From the NCBI GenBank assembly GCA_021648085.1, contig JAKITS010000001.1, positions 388,948 through 452,947 of the forward strand: DNA of 64,000 bases, in the 5' to 3' direction. The notes beneath the pieces are model-generated. The model did no database searches and was not told the DNA's origin. It saw only the letters and a program-made list of their open reading frames with translations. Below are positions 30,464-42,976 of the stretch, one piece after another (position 1 is the stretch's first letter; each line of letters begins with the position of its first letter). The stretch is from Candidatus Magasanikiibacteriota bacterium. Its GTDB lineage: Bacteria > Patescibacteriota > Patescibacteriia > Magasanikbacterales > UBA922. The position numbers and the translations under genes are program-made.

Positions 30464-31300
30464 ATGGATAAAAAAATAATTCCCGGAAAATCTATCTCAA
30501 AAAAAATCCTAAAAACTCTAGAAAAAAGAGTTAGAAAACTGAAATCAAAAAATATAACCCCTAAAATGGCGGTTATTTTAGTTAGCGACAACAAAGCGTC
30601 TGCGTCTTATGTAAAACACAAAGAAATTGCTGCCAAAAAAATTGGGGTTAATTTTACACTTTATCATTTCAAAGAGAAAATTTCAGAAAAAAGTTTAATT
30701 AAAAAAATAAAAAAAATTCAAAAAGAAGATAAACCAAACGGAATGATAGCACAACTCCCACTTCCAAAACATATAAATGAGGTTAAAATTTTAAATAGTA
30801 TAGATCCAAAAATAGATATAGACTGTCTTACAAACGAAAACTTGGGGAAAATAATATCGCGAAATCATAAAATACTACCCCCTACCCCAGACGCAATTCT
30901 TTCTGCAATAAAATATACAAAAATAGATTTAAAAGGAAAAAATATAGTAATTATAGGCTCTGGATTATTAGTTGGTCGCCCGCTCTCTGTTATTTTAAGC
31001 AACATGAAAGCAACAGTCACGCTTTGCAATAGCAGTACAAAAAACTTAAAGAAAAAATGTCTTTCTGCAGATATTATAATAAGTGGCGTAGGCAAAAAAC
31101 ATATCATCACAAAAGATATGGTAAAAAAAGATGCAATAGTAATAGACGCTGGAGTAAGTTTTCACAAAAATAAAATGTACGGCGATGTGGACATAGAAAA
31201 TGTTATAAAAAAAGCAAAATTTATTTCCCCCACACCAAATGGAATTGGACCAATCACAATAGCTAAACTATTAGAAAATTTATTAATTTTAACCAAATAG
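30464..31300 (+). CDS. folD: Methylenetetrahydrofolate dehydrogenase/cyclohydrolase
   Basis: YVKHK, QLPLP, DID, PPTP, VGRPL, IDAG, GDVD, PNGIGPIT. Confidence 0.93.
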   Translation: MDKKIIPGKSISKKILKTLEKRVRKLKSKNITPKMAVILVSDNKASASYVKHKEIAAKKIGVNFTLYHFKEKISEKSLIKKIKKIQKEDKPNGMIAQLPLPKHINEVKILNSIDPKIDIDCLTNENLGKIISRNHKILPPTPDAILSAIKYTKIDLKGKNIVIIGSGLLVGRPLSVILSNMKATVTLCNSSTKNLKKKCLSADIIISGVGKKHIITKDMVKKDAIVIDAGVSFHKNKMYGDVDIENVIKKAKFISPTPNGIGPITIAKLLENLLILTK

Positions 31301-32608
<1,308 letters not shown>

Positions 32609-32633
32609 ATCTACAAAGTAAAATAAACTATAT

Positions 32634-32718
32634 TGTCATTTATGGCTTGACCAGAAATCCATAAATTTTAACCACCAAATAGTGACACAAACCGCGGATC
32701 CCCAAGCTGAGGATGACA
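32634..32718. repeat. GTC-tagged palindromic repeat (family E), decayed
   Basis: tgtcatttatggcttgacc...caagctgaggatgaca. Confidence 0.55.
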
Positions 32719-32760
32719 AAGAGGGTATTGATACAGATAATATGATACAAAATATACATA

Positions 32761-32868
32761 TGTCATCCTGAGTGAAGTCGAAGGATCTCGTAAAAGTATC
32801 ACCAAAACAAAAAATAGTAAAATAGACACGAGATATTTCGACTCCGTTTCACTCCGCTCAATATAACG
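32761..32868. repeat. REP-like doublet (family A)
   Basis: tgtcatcctgagtgaagtcgaaggatctcg / cgagatatttcgactcc...gctcaatataacg. Confidence 0.88.
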
Positions 32869-32879
32869 TGAAATTCACT

Positions 32880-32953
32880 TGTCATTCACGGTTTGACTAG
32901 GAATTCGGAAGTCTTTAGTCGCGAATGGATATCCAGTCAAGCTGTGGATGGCA
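32880..32953. repeat. GTC-tagged palindromic repeat (family E)
   Basis: tgtcattcacggtttgactag...ccagtcaagctgtggatggca inverted arms. Confidence 0.6.
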
Positions 32954-33008
32954 AAACAAAAAATATAAAAAAACTCCAATTAAACATAATTGGAGTTTTT
33001 TATTTTAT

Positions 33009-33971
33009 CTATTTTTTATGAAGCAGTATGCTCAAATATTCTTCCATTTCAACCAGAGATTCCACTCTCACAAGTTTAGATCTAAATTCTTTTATTTTTG
33101 GAATATTTTCCCCTATTTTGTCCACCTTAAAATACCAGGCAAGGTGTTTGCGAAAAGTCACTATCCCCCGCTCTCCATAAAAATCAATATGCAATTTTGC
33201 ATGCTTTTTTATCATTTTTATTCTATCTTCCAGAGTTATATTTTTTTCTGGATTTTTATATTGATAAAAAAACCAAGGATTTCCCAAAGCACCACGCCCT
33301 ATCAAAACACCATCTGCTTTTGTAATTTTCAAAACTTCATCCACCAATTCTGGTGTATTTATATCTCCGTTTGCCAATAAAGGCACATTTGTCATTTTCT
33401 TTGCTTCTGCAATTCTGTTCCAATCACTTTTTCCAGAATATCCTTGATCTTTTGTTCTACCGTGTATAGAAATTAAACCTACACCATTTTCCTCCAAAAC
33501 AGGAATAATTTTTTTGAACTGATCTGGATCACTCCAACCCAATCTTATTTTTGCAGAAAGTGGTACATCGCCTATTTCTGTTTTTACAGCTTTCACAATT
33601 TTTCCTATAAGTTCTGGATCTTTCATCAAAGCTGCGCCATTAAAATTGCTAGTCATTTTATAAACTGGGCAACCCATATTTATATCTATTCCTTCTGGAT
33701 TATATTTATCCAAAATTATTCTAGCAGCTCGCGCCATTACCTCTGGATTTGAACCAAAAATTTGCTGAACAGTCGGTCTTTCTTTTTCCACAAAAGATGT
33801 CATTTTCAATGTTTTTTCACTATTTCTTACCAACGCCTCACTACTTACCATTTCGCGAAATAAAACATCAGCGCCGCCAATTTCACGCATAATTCTACAA
33901 AATGGCGAATCTGTCATATCCGCCATCGGTGCCAATCCTAAAATAGGTTTTTTTATCTCAGTCCACTTCAT
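33009..33971 (-). CDS. dusB: tRNA-dihydrouridine synthase
   Basis: LAPMA, EMVS, DINMGCP, KIRLGW, IHGRT, ANGDI, IGRG. Confidence 0.93.
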   Translation of the reverse strand: MKWTEIKKPILGLAPMADMTDSPFCRIMREIGGADVLFREMVSSEALVRNSEKTLKMTSFVEKERPTVQQIFGSNPEVMARAARIILDKYNPEGIDINMGCPVYKMTSNFNGAALMKDPELIGKIVKAVKTEIGDVPLSAKIRLGWSDPDQFKKIIPVLEENGVGLISIHGRTKDQGYSGKSDWNRIAEAKKMTNVPLLANGDINTPELVDEVLKITKADGVLIGRGALGNPWFFYQYKNPEKNITLEDRIKMIKKHAKLHIDFYGERGIVTFRKHLAWYFKVDKIGENIPKIKEFRSKLVRVESLVEMEEYLSILLHKK

Positions 33972-34070
33972 AAAAATATATTTATTTAACTAATTATAAT
34001 ACAAAAATATAATTTTATCAATAAAAAATCACTTAGATTAAATCCAAGTGATTTTTTAAAATAATATTAA

Positions 34071-35129
34071 TTATCTTGAAGTTTCATATCTTACAGCACC
34101 ACCTTCAAATTCAACTCTGTTTTTCTCCTCTTCTCTGTGAATTTCAAGCCTCTGTTTCTCCCCCTCTCTTACTCTTTCAAACTCACCCTGCTCATCTTCA
34201 TCTTCATCATTTTTATCTTCTTCATTTTTATCTTCTTCACTATCTTCCTCTTCATTTTCATCTTTTATATCATCTTTTTCTTTCTCCATCTCCAAACGCT
34301 CCTCAACCCGTTTTTGTACTTTTTCTTTAATTTCTAACTTGTGAGCTGTTACCATAATCTTTTTTACCTCTTGAAGCTGTCTTGAGGCTTGTTGATACTT
34401 CTGAAAAGCATCTCTATACTCTTTATTCTCTACTTTTATACCTGCCTCGTTAATTAGATATTTTGCTTTTGTTATCTTTTCATTTACAGAATGTAAAATA
34501 TCTGAACTCAACTCCTCACCCCTTCTTTCTAAAAAATTTTCTGTTTCTTCTAATTTATTTTCTAAGGCCTTACTCTTTCCTTCTACTGCCTCCAAAACAC
34601 TACCTGACTTAAACTCTTTTTCTTCCAATTCAACACTTTCTTTTCTTGTTTCTTTTATTTTCTTCTGCAACATTTTTATAGCATCAGTTATTTCTATTTT
34701 TTTCAACTCCCCTTCTGCTTCAAAACGAATTTTATCCATAATTCTTTCGTGAGCAGAGAATGATGCTTCTAGCATTGTTTGTATCTCTAGAGCTTCTTTA
34801 AACTTTTCTTTTTCTTCAAATTTTAACCTAAGCTCTTTTGCTTTCTCCAAATGTTTTTCAAACTGTTCTCCCACCTTATCCAAAGACTTCATCTCTCCTC
34901 GCAAAGACAGCTCCTCCGCTTCTTCCAAACGACGCTCAGCTTTACGAACTTCCCATTTAGCTTGTGCCTCATCTCCAACAGTAACAAAATCTCGAACAGT
35001 TTCATTTATCTCTGTTTTTATAGGATAAAGTGTATCTCCCGGAACAGCACCATCTGCAATTAAAGCGGTTCCTCCTACTGCACCTGTGAGAACTGCCAAA
35101 ATAGCAGCGATTAACGGTATTAACGGCAT
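34071..35129 (-). CDS. DUF5667-like secreted/anchored coiled-coil protein
   Basis: N-terminal hydrophobic segment, AVPGDTLYPIK...AERRLEEA. Confidence 0.75.
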   Translation of the reverse strand: MPLIPLIAAILAVLTGAVGGTALIADGAVPGDTLYPIKTEINETVRDFVTVGDEAQAKWEVRKAERRLEEAEELSLRGEMKSLDKVGEQFEKHLEKAKELRLKFEEKEKFKEALEIQTMLEASFSAHERIMDKIRFEAEGELKKIEITDAIKMLQKKIKETRKESVELEEKEFKSGSVLEAVEGKSKALENKLEETENFLERRGEELSSDILHSVNEKITKAKYLINEAGIKVENKEYRDAFQKYQQASRQLQEVKKIMVTAHKLEIKEKVQKRVEERLEMEKEKDDIKDENEEEDSEEDKNEEDKNDEDEDEQGEFERVREGEKQRLEIHREEEKNRVEFEGGAVRYETSR

Positions 35130-35228
35130 ATTTCGAATTAATTAATTAAATAAATTATATACTTTAGTTAAGTATAGAACAAAACTTAAAAAAAATAAAG
35201 CCCTCAGAAAAACTGAAGGCTTAAAAAA

Positions 35229-36125
35229 TTATTTCAATCTAAAAGTACCGGCTACCGGATAGTGATCTGATAAAAAAACTTTCAACACTTTATAATTTAT
35301 GACTTCCCAATGCTTACTATATAAAATATAATCCAAAGTCCTACACCTAGGATCTGGTTGAAATTCATCAATACCAGCAGGATAAGTGTACAAATCCGGA
35401 TCATCGTTTGCAGGATAAGAACCTAAACCTACCAGCTCCTTAAGGAATTTTAAAGTTCCATCTCCTTCATAATTATCATCATCTCCTGTCAAAAAACCAA
35501 AGGTTTGTGCACCTTTTGGAACGGTATTAAAATCCCCCATAAACAAAATTGGAACTTCTTTCCCATATACAACCTGCATATCTTGTATTGCTCTTACAAT
35601 ATAAGTCACCTGCTCTTCTCTTTTTGAAACACTCGAAGCATGCAAATGCGTGTTTCCTACCAAAATAGTTTTACCATTGAAACGAACTGGAGCAAGTGTA
35701 AACCCAGATTTTACAACCAAATAAATTCTAAAAGGTAGTGGAAAATTACAATTATTTACTGTTGCGCTCTCAGCCAAAGGGAGTTTACTCAACAGTACAT
35801 TTTCAAAAATATAATTAAAAAAATGTACCTGTGCCCCAATTCCATGAGGAATTACAGTTTCAAAACCAGTTCCCTCAAAAACTTTTTTACGCACACCTTT
35901 GGTAAAGAACCTAAAACTCTGAAAAACTTCCTGCATACCAACAATGTCAAAAGTATCTTCACTCAACCATTCTTTTACTCTTCTTCTATATTCAGAAACT
36001 AAACGCCTATTGTCTTTTACAATTCTTCCAAATTGAATAAATTTAGACCTTCTTTCTTTTAAAATAGGGCCTCTAAAAAGATGGGCGTTCAATGTAGCAA
36101 GCCTAATAACCTTCCTATTAGTCAC
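35229..36125 (-). CDS. Endonuclease/exonuclease/phosphatase family protein
   Basis: TLN, MQEV, NTHL, GDFN, LDYI, SDHYPV; AGGAGGG SD before GTG. Confidence 0.9.
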   Translation of the reverse strand: MTNRKVIRLATLNAHLFRGPILKERRSKFIQFGRIVKDNRRLVSEYRRRVKEWLSEDTFDIVGMQEVFQSFRFFTKGVRKKVFEGTGFETVIPHGIGAQVHFFNYIFENVLLSKLPLAESATVNNCNFPLPFRIYLVVKSGFTLAPVRFNGKTILVGNTHLHASSVSKREEQVTYIVRAIQDMQVVYGKEVPILFMGDFNTVPKGAQTFGFLTGDDDNYEGDGTLKFLKELVGLGSYPANDDPDLYTYPAGIDEFQPDPRCRTLDYILYSKHWEVINYKVLKVFLSDHYPVAGTFRLK

Positions 36126-36152
36126 AATTCCCTCCTGTGGTTTTAGCTTATT

Positions 36153-36164
36153 TTATAAAAGAGC
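36153..36164 (-). promoter_or_regulatory. boxA-like motif upstream of an SD-led gene
   Basis: GCTCTTTTATAA in the short gap between pyrG and the EEP gene. Confidence 0.5.
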
Positions 36165-36184
36165 TTTTGTTTTAAATTAGCTAA

Positions 36185-37831
36185 TTACATCTTTTTTGTC
36201 AATAAACTTACTTTTATAAACTCTCTAAACAAAGGATGTGGGCTCATTGGACGAGATTTAAATTCTGGATGAAATTGTACACCAATAAAGAAAGGATGGT
36301 TTTCCAACTCTACTATTTCTACCAAATCTGACTCTGGATTTACTCCAACAATTTTAAGCCCCGCGTCGTCCATCAGTGTGCGATATTCATTGTTAAATTC
36401 ATATCTATGTCTGTGACGCTCTGAAATATTTGCCTTTTTATAAGCATTTCTTGTTTTTGTACCTTGTCTCAATACGCAATCATAAGCACCAAGTCGCATA
36501 GTTCCACCGTATTTATTTTCTCCCATATTTTTTACTTGGAGTTCGTTCACAGCTATCACAGGATTTGCAGTAGATGGTTCTACCTCCACTGTATTTGCAT
36601 CTTTTTTACCCAATACATTTCTTACAAATTCTATTGTAGCAAGTTGCATTCCATAACAAATTCCCAAATATGGTATTTTATTTTCTCTTATATACTTTAT
36701 AGCCATTATTATTCCTTCTACCCCTCTTGTACCAAAACCACCTGGAACAACAACACCATCATAATTATTTAGCTCCTTCAATTTTTTTGGATCTTTTTCA
36801 AATTCTTCTGAATCTACCCATTCCAATACAGGCTGAACTTTGTTGTGCCACGAGGCATGCTTAATAGCCTCTATAACAGATATATACGAGTCAGATAAAG
36901 TGTATTTGCCTGTGCCAAAATATTTACCAACCACAGCAATTCTGACCTCTTTTGTAGAACTATTCATTCTACCTATAAAACGCTCCCAAGATTTCAAATT
37001 TGTATCGCGAGAATTCAAATGTAGAACTTTCAATAATTTATTTCCCAAATTTTCTTTTTCAAAATTAATAGGAACTTCATAAATAGATTTTACATCCGGC
37101 GCAGAAATACAATGAGTCTTCTTTACACCACAAAACAAAGACAACTTCTCACGCCTTGGTTTGTCCAAAGATTGTGGACCACGAGCAAGTATAAAATCTG
37201 CATTTATTCCAGCCTGGTTCAAAGTTCTGGATGCTTGCTGAGTTGGCTTTGTCTTCATCTCACCAATATGATAAGGCACCGGCATATAACTTACCAAAAC
37301 TATAGCCACATCTTTTGGTTTTTTCAATTTCAAAGTTCGTGCTGCTTCCAAAAATAAAGCACTTTCATACTCTCCCACAGTCCCGCCAATTTCTATAATT
37401 GTAATATCTGTATCCTGATCTTCTGTAGCTTTATATATTCTACGAAGTATTTCTTCTGGAATATGTGGCACAACCTGAACACACTTTCCTTTATACTTCA
37501 TTGTTCTTTCTTTCTCAATCACGCTCATATAAACACGCCCAGTCGTCATATAATTTGTAGAAGTAAGGTCTATATCCAAAAAACGCTCATAATTTCCCAT
37601 ATCCTGGTCTGTCTCATCCCCATCGTCTGTAACGAAAACTTCTCCATGTTCTGTTGGATTCATAGTTCCAGCATCCAAATTTATATACGGATCTGCTTTT
37701 AATGCTGTCACCCTAAACCCTTTTGCTTTCATAATTGCACCAATAGAAGCAGCTGCCACGCCCTTTCCAACACCACTCATTACACCACCAACTATAAAAA
37801 TAAACTTGCGTCTTTTTTTTCTTTTTTTCAT
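36185..37831 (-). CDS. pyrG: CTP synthase
   Basis: GGVMSGVGKG, KTKPTQ, PGGFG, GICYGMQ, ERHRHRYE, QFHPEF. Confidence 0.98.
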   Translation of the reverse strand: MKKRKKRRKFIFIVGGVMSGVGKGVAAASIGAIMKAKGFRVTALKADPYINLDAGTMNPTEHGEVFVTDDGDETDQDMGNYERFLDIDLTSTNYMTTGRVYMSVIEKERTMKYKGKCVQVVPHIPEEILRRIYKATEDQDTDITIIEIGGTVGEYESALFLEAARTLKLKKPKDVAIVLVSYMPVPYHIGEMKTKPTQQASRTLNQAGINADFILARGPQSLDKPRREKLSLFCGVKKTHCISAPDVKSIYEVPINFEKENLGNKLLKVLHLNSRDTNLKSWERFIGRMNSSTKEVRIAVVGKYFGTGKYTLSDSYISVIEAIKHASWHNKVQPVLEWVDSEEFEKDPKKLKELNNYDGVVVPGGFGTRGVEGIIMAIKYIRENKIPYLGICYGMQLATIEFVRNVLGKKDANTVEVEPSTANPVIAVNELQVKNMGENKYGGTMRLGAYDCVLRQGTKTRNAYKKANISERHRHRYEFNNEYRTLMDDAGLKIVGVNPESDLVEIVELENHPFFIGVQFHPEFKSRPMSPHPLFREFIKVSLLTKKM

Positions 37832-37834
37832 AAG

Positions 37835-38266
37835 CTATTTAGCTATAATATTTATTTTAATTTTAAAGCTATTTAATCTTGCAAAATATTCTCCGACTTT
37901 TTTCAAGCTTTCGTCTAAAACTATATCTTTTGGATTTACATCAAATCCTAATTTTTTACTTATTTCTTTTGCAATATCATTAGAATTTATACCAGCATAA
38001 AGTTTACCGTTTTCATTTGCTTTTACTTTTATTTTTAATGATATCCCTCTTAACTTTTTTGCAAGCTGTTTACCTTTTTCTATTTCTTTATTTTTATTGC
38101 GTTTTCCTTTTTCTATCTTTGCATTTACTTTCACAAAAATACCTCTATTTGCAACTACAGCAAGACCTTTTTTAATTAAAAAATTACGAGCATACCCGTC
38201 TGAGACCTCCTTTATTTCACCTTTTTTACCAGATCCTCGCACTTCTTTTATAAATAATACCTTCAT
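37835..38266 (-). CDS. rplI: 50S ribosomal protein L9
   Basis: MKVLF...[26 protein letters not shown]. Confidence 0.96.
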   Translation of the reverse strand: MKVLFIKEVRGSGKKGEIKEVSDGYARNFLIKKGLAVVANRGIFVKVNAKIEKGKRNKNKEIEKGKQLAKKLRGISLKIKVKANENGKLYAGINSNDIAKEISKKLGFDVNPKDIVLDESLKKVGEYFARLNSFKIKINIIAK

Positions 38267-38376
38267 AACTTGAAAAAACTGACTTTTTAGTGTAATCTTA
38301 CTATATTACTGTTTATCATATTCTTCTTTTAAGATAGCATATTGAAAAAACAGTGTAAAGAAATTTTATATATATT

Positions 38377-39246
38377 ATGACAGAAAAAAAAGAATTAAAA
38401 AAAAGTGGTTTTGCGATTTTAATAGGAAGAAGTAATGTTGGAAAATCTACATTAATGAATACTTTAGTTGGTACAAAAATTGCAGCAACAAGTTTTCGTC
38501 CACAAATGACAAGACACATAATTCACGGAGTTTTAAATATGCCAGAAGGTCAGGCGATCTTTGTAGATACTCCAGGAATTTTCAAAGCAAAAAAGAGCCT
38601 ACTTTCTGCAAAGCTAGTAAACAAAGTAAAAGGCGCATTAAGTGGAATTGATGTAATAATTTATGTTGTTGACCCAACTCGTGAGATTGGAGATGAGGAG
38701 CGTGCAACATACGGAATGGTTCGTCATTTAAATATTCCAAAGATTTTAGTTTTAAATAAAAGTGATTTACCTCACAAAGAAAAACCATTTTTAGAAGATT
38801 ATAAATCTTGGTCAGAGGATTTTAATGCAGTTTATGAACTGTCTGCACTTCGTGGAAGCCACATACAACCATTAAAAGAAAGAGTTGTAGAATTATTACC
38901 AATAGGAGAAGAGCTTTACCCAGACTGGCAGTTAACGAATGTAAATAAAGAATTTTGGATTGCAGAAATAATTCGAGAAAAGGTGTTTTCTATTTTTGAC
39001 AAAGAAGTGCCATATTCTATTGCAGTGGAAGTTGTAAATGTAGAGGAAAAACCAGATGTCACAGTAATAGAAGCAAAGATTCTTACAGACCAATTGAGAT
39101 ACAAAAAAATGATTATAGGAGTAAAAGGACATAAAATAAAAGAAATGGGCAAGATGGCAAGAAGAGAGTTGGAGCAAGCTGTTGGAAAGAAAATTTTCCT
39201 AGATTTAACAGTAGAGGTGGACAAACATTGGGTTGAGAGGTTATAA
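38377..39246 (+). CDS. era: GTPase Era
   Basis: GRSNVGKST, DTPG, NKSD, EIIREK, EVPYS, KH domain. Confidence 0.96.
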   Translation: MTEKKELKKSGFAILIGRSNVGKSTLMNTLVGTKIAATSFRPQMTRHIIHGVLNMPEGQAIFVDTPGIFKAKKSLLSAKLVNKVKGALSGIDVIIYVVDPTREIGDEERATYGMVRHLNIPKILVLNKSDLPHKEKPFLEDYKSWSEDFNAVYELSALRGSHIQPLKERVVELLPIGEELYPDWQLTNVNKEFWIAEIIREKVFSIFDKEVPYSIAVEVVNVEEKPDVTVIEAKILTDQLRYKKMIIGVKGHKIKEMGKMARRELEQAVGKKIFLDLTVEVDKHWVERL

Positions 39247-39265
39247 TAAAAATAAGAGACAGGAA

Positions 39266-39278
39266 CGCTCTTTTACAA
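39266..39278 (+). promoter_or_regulatory. boxA-like motif upstream of an SD-led gene
   Basis: CGCTCTTTTACAA, then AAGGAG at 39304-39309 and GTG 39316. Confidence 0.6.
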
Positions 39279-39315
39279 TTAATGTAGTTTTACTACAAAA
39301 ACAAAGGAGTATAAA

Positions 39316-40242
39316 GTGAAAAAGGTTGTATTGTTAATCACACTATCTTTTATTTTTATTTTTGGTGCCTGCAACTGCGGTAGTCAAAAAAATTCTATAA
39401 TGAATGAAACTCAAGATTTTACAAATGGTACTGTTTATTACAATGTACAATTTACCAGCAATGATTATGGAGTTGACAAAGAAGAAAAAAGAATTATAGA
39501 AAAAGCATTGTGCAAGCTGGAAGTCTTGGGAATTTATACCTCGACAGATAAAAATATTAATCCAAAAATTTTTGCACTCGGTGGTAGTGGCTTCTTTTCT
39601 TTTGAAACCGAAAATGAATTATTTTTCTTAACAGCCGGACATGTAATTGATAGTATTATGGGAATGCCTCCAATAACAATACTATCTACAGAAGAAGGTC
39701 TTGAAAAACCTACTATTTTTATACTAAAAGATGTCCAGTATAGAATTTGGAATACTTCAAAAGAAGAGGATGTCATAGACTTTCCATCAAAAGATGTGAC
39801 TGTATCTATGCATAAAGATAGCTTAGGTATTGATTTTGGAATTTTATCTTTCAAAAAAAGACCTGATTTAGATTTGCATGCCACACCCGTGAAATGGGCC
39901 ACCACTGAAAATTTAGAAAGTGGTGATGTGCTATATTTATTTTCCGAGCCAAAAGGTAAGGGAAAATTTTTTACAAAAGGCTATGTCACAAATCCTGGAG
40001 AAATAAATTCAGATTTTTCCACTTTTTTTCCATTAGATTCAAAAAATATATTTTATATGAGCAATGAAATGAGTCCTGGATCCAGCGGTGGACCAGTATT
40101 TGCAATTGGAAAAGAAGATAAAAAATTATATTTAGTTGGAATTGCCGTAATAATTGAATACGGTGCAATTGGTATGACATTCAGAATTGCTTCTAGAATA
40201 GACCCGGTAATAGAAGCATTACAAGATTTTCATAAACAGTAA
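39316..40242 (+). CDS. Trypsin-like serine protease, putative lipoprotein
   Basis: Signal with FGAC lipobox-like motif; GSGF, LTAGHV, DFGIL, PGSSGGP. Confidence 0.85.
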   Translation: MKKVVLLITLSFIFIFGACNCGSQKNSIMNETQDFTNGTVYYNVQFTSNDYGVDKEEKRIIEKALCKLEVLGIYTSTDKNINPKIFALGGSGFFSFETENELFFLTAGHVIDSIMGMPPITILSTEEGLEKPTIFILKDVQYRIWNTSKEEDVIDFPSKDVTVSMHKDSLGIDFGILSFKKRPDLDLHATPVKWATTENLESGDVLYLFSEPKGKGKFFTKGYVTNPGEINSDFSTFFPLDSKNIFYMSNEMSPGSSGGPVFAIGKEDKKLYLVGIAVIIEYGAIGMTFRIASRIDPVIEALQDFHKQ

Positions 40243-40319
40243 AACTACAAAAACCACCAGCACCGCCGGTGGTTTTTTAATTCTTTGATTGGAATTTATA
40301 CTTACTATAAATTCCTTTT

Positions 40320-41576
40320 TTATTCTGCCATCAAAATTTCAATTGCTTTTTCTAACCCCAAATCTGTATATTCACCTTCTACTTCACTTTCCACAAACAT
40401 TTCCTCCAAAATTACATCAGGAGTAATCCCTTCGCCATCTATTCCTCTGTCGAGTGGTGTGAACCATTTTGCAACAGTCATTTTCAATGCTGAACCATCT
40501 TGCAAGGCTTGAAAATCTTGCACAGAACCTTTGCCGAAAGTTTGTTTTCCTACAAGTATGGCTTTTTCATAATCTTGCAATGCTCCAGCAACAATTTCAG
40601 ACCCAGAAGCAGAACCACCATCTACCAAAATAACTGTTTTAATATCACTCAATCTGTGTCTACCTACAGTTGTATATGCATCACTTTTACCATTTCTAAA
40701 TTTTTCTTTTACAATTACACCCTCCTCAATCCACTCACTTGCCACTTCCACAGAAGTTTTTAAATATCCTCCCGGATTACTTCTCAAGTCCAAGACTATT
40801 CCTTTTGGCAATTTTACTAAAATCTCTTGAATCACTTTACCAAACTCTTCGTAAGTGTCGCCATTAAAATATGAGATTCTAACATAAGCTATACCACCAT
40901 CTTTCATATCCCAAATTACAGTTGGTACAGTAATAGTACCTCTAATAATCTCGATTTCTTGTAAATTTCCAAATCCATTTCTAGAAATTGTCAAAACCAC
41001 AGGAGTTCCCTTCTCCCCTCTTATTTTTCTTACAGCCTCTTCCAAATTCAATCCTATTGAATCCTCTCCATCAATGGCCAAAATCTTATCCTGTGCTTGC
41101 AAACCTGCTTTTTCTGCTGGAGAATCTGCAAGTGGAGCGATCACAGTAAGTCTATCTTCGCGAATTCCAATTTCTGCGCCAATTCCCTCAAACTCTCCTG
41201 CCAAATCCTGAGCAAATGCTGTCGCCTCTACTGGAGGGAAATAAATAGAATATGGGTCATCTAAACCAGACACAAGACCCTCCAAAGCTCCATAGAACAA
41301 ATCCACATCACTTATATCTTCATCTACATACTCTTCTTTTATAGTATTCCAAATTTTCCAAAACTGATTGAAATCTACATTTGGAGATCTTGTTTTGGAG
41401 TATAAATTTAAAACTTTTTCTATTTCTATGTTTCCACCCTCACTGGATAAAACTGTTTTTAAAGTTATAAATTTTCCTGCAAAAAAACCAAACCCAAAAA
41501 TAGCCAAAAGTAAAACAGAAACCACCACATAAAAAAGATAATTAAACTTTTCGTTTGTTTTAAATTTTTCCATCAT
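40320..41576 (-). CDS. ctpA: S41 carboxyl-terminal processing protease
   Basis: LDDPYS, GIGA PDZ, DLRSNPGG, SASGSEI, TFGKGSVQ. Confidence 0.95.
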   Translation of the reverse strand: MMEKFKTNEKFNYLFYVVVSVLLLAIFGFGFFAGKFITLKTVLSSEGGNIEIEKVLNLYSKTRSPNVDFNQFWKIWNTIKEEYVDEDISDVDLFYGALEGLVSGLDDPYSIYFPPVEATAFAQDLAGEFEGIGAEIGIREDRLTVIAPLADSPAEKAGLQAQDKILAIDGEDSIGLNLEEAVRKIRGEKGTPVVLTISRNGFGNLQEIEIIRGTITVPTVIWDMKDGGIAYVRISYFNGDTYEEFGKVIQEILVKLPKGIVLDLRSNPGGYLKTSVEVASEWIEEGVIVKEKFRNGKSDAYTTVGRHRLSDIKTVILVDGGSASGSEIVAGALQDYEKAILVGKQTFGKGSVQDFQALQDGSALKMTVAKWFTPLDRGIDGEGITPDVILEEMFVESEVEGEYTDLGLEKAIEILMAE

Positions 41577-41602
41577 AAATAATTCTTTTTTAAATTTATT
41601 TT

Positions 41603-42910
41603 TTACTCAACTCTTTCTATCTCAGCTCCGATATCTTGCAATCTTCCAGCCAAATTTTCATAACCTCTTTCGATTGGGTAAGAATTTCTAAGTACAGACT
41701 TACCGTTTGCAGCAAGCATACAGATTAAAATTGCAGTTGCAGGTCTAATTGCCGGAGGACAAATAAGTTCATTTGATTTTAAGTTTACAACACCTTCTAC
41801 AAACACACGATGTGGATCTAGCAAAACCATATTTGCACCCAACTTTTGTAATTCTAAATAATAAATTGCCCGGTTCTCATAAATCCAATCGTGTACCAAT
41901 GTTCTACCTTTTGCCTGTGTCAAAATAGGTACAAAAAATGGCAAATTATCTATATTTAAACCCGGAAAAGGTCTACCATAAATTTTGTCTGGCAAAGCTT
42001 TCAAATCGCTTGGCAAAATTTCTATATCTGCCATATTAAACTTTGTATTTTTTGATTTATATTTTTTCAATACATTCCATTTTTGACCCATTACAGAAAG
42101 TTTTTCCAACTCTAATTCCAAAAAATCCAATGGACAATTCTCTATCGTTAGTTTGGATTTTGTTGTAATCGCCAAAGAAATAAATGTCATAGCTTCTATT
42201 GGATCTGGGATAAGTGGATAAGCTTTTTTTACAGATTTTAAAGATCTTACACCTTTTATAATCATTGTGGTTGTGCCTATTCCTTTTATATCTGCTCCAG
42301 CTTTAATTAAGAAATAGCACAGATCTTGCACCATATAATTTGCAGAAGCGAATTTTAGTGTAGTTATACCAGGAGCTAAGACTGCTGCCATTATTACATT
42401 TTCTGTTGTTGTGTCGCCAGACTCATACATTATAACCTCATTACTTTGAAGTTTAACTGTTTTCACTTCATAATATCCAGCTTTGGAAACAACACTCAAA
42501 CCCAATTTTTCTAGTCCCAAAAGATGTGGACGAACAGTTCTTTCTCCAAGTTTACAACCTCCACTTTTATATAATTTATATCCTTTTTCTTCTCGTTTTG
42601 CCAAAGCACCAAAAAGTAATAATGAAGAACGAGTTATTTTACAGGCCTTCTTGTTTATATTGTCCAAGTTCAATTTTGCAGAAGTATCCAAAAACAAACT
42701 ATTACCACCTTTCCACTCAAACCTTACACCAATACTAGTTAAAATTTCCAAAATTCTGTCTACTTCTTGAATTCTAGGCACATCTTCCAAATTCACTTTT
42801 CCTTTTACCATTAAAGAAGCACACAAAATAGCAACAGCCGAATTTTTGGCTGTGTTTACTTTTATTTTTCCACTTAATTTTTTACCACCTTCTATTATGA
42901 ATTGGAACAT
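41603..42910 (-). CDS. murA: UDP-N-acetylglucosamine 1-carboxyvinyltransferase
   Basis: AKNS, SGGCKLGER, PDPIEA, PFPG, YENR, IERGYE; start at ATG 42910. Confidence 0.93.
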   Translation of the reverse strand: MFQFIIEGGKKLSGKIKVNTAKNSAVAILCASLMVKGKVNLEDVPRIQEVDRILEILTSIGVRFEWKGGNSLFLDTSAKLNLDNINKKACKITRSSLLLFGALAKREEKGYKLYKSGGCKLGERTVRPHLLGLEKLGLSVVSKAGYYEVKTVKLQSNEVIMYESGDTTTENVIMAAVLAPGITTLKFASANYMVQDLCYFLIKAGADIKGIGTTTMIIKGVRSLKSVKKAYPLIPDPIEAMTFISLAITTKSKLTIENCPLDFLELELEKLSVMGQKWNVLKKYKSKNTKFNMADIEILPSDLKALPDKIYGRPFPGLNIDNLPFFVPILTQAKGRTLVHDWIYENRAIYYLELQKLGANMVLLDPHRVFVEGVVNLKSNELICPPAIRPATAILICMLAANGKSVLRNSYPIERGYENLAGRLQDIGAEIERVE

Positions 42911-42976
42911 ATAGATATTGAATAATTTATTTAAATTCTTTATAATTATACAAAATATGTGATACAATAGCAAGGA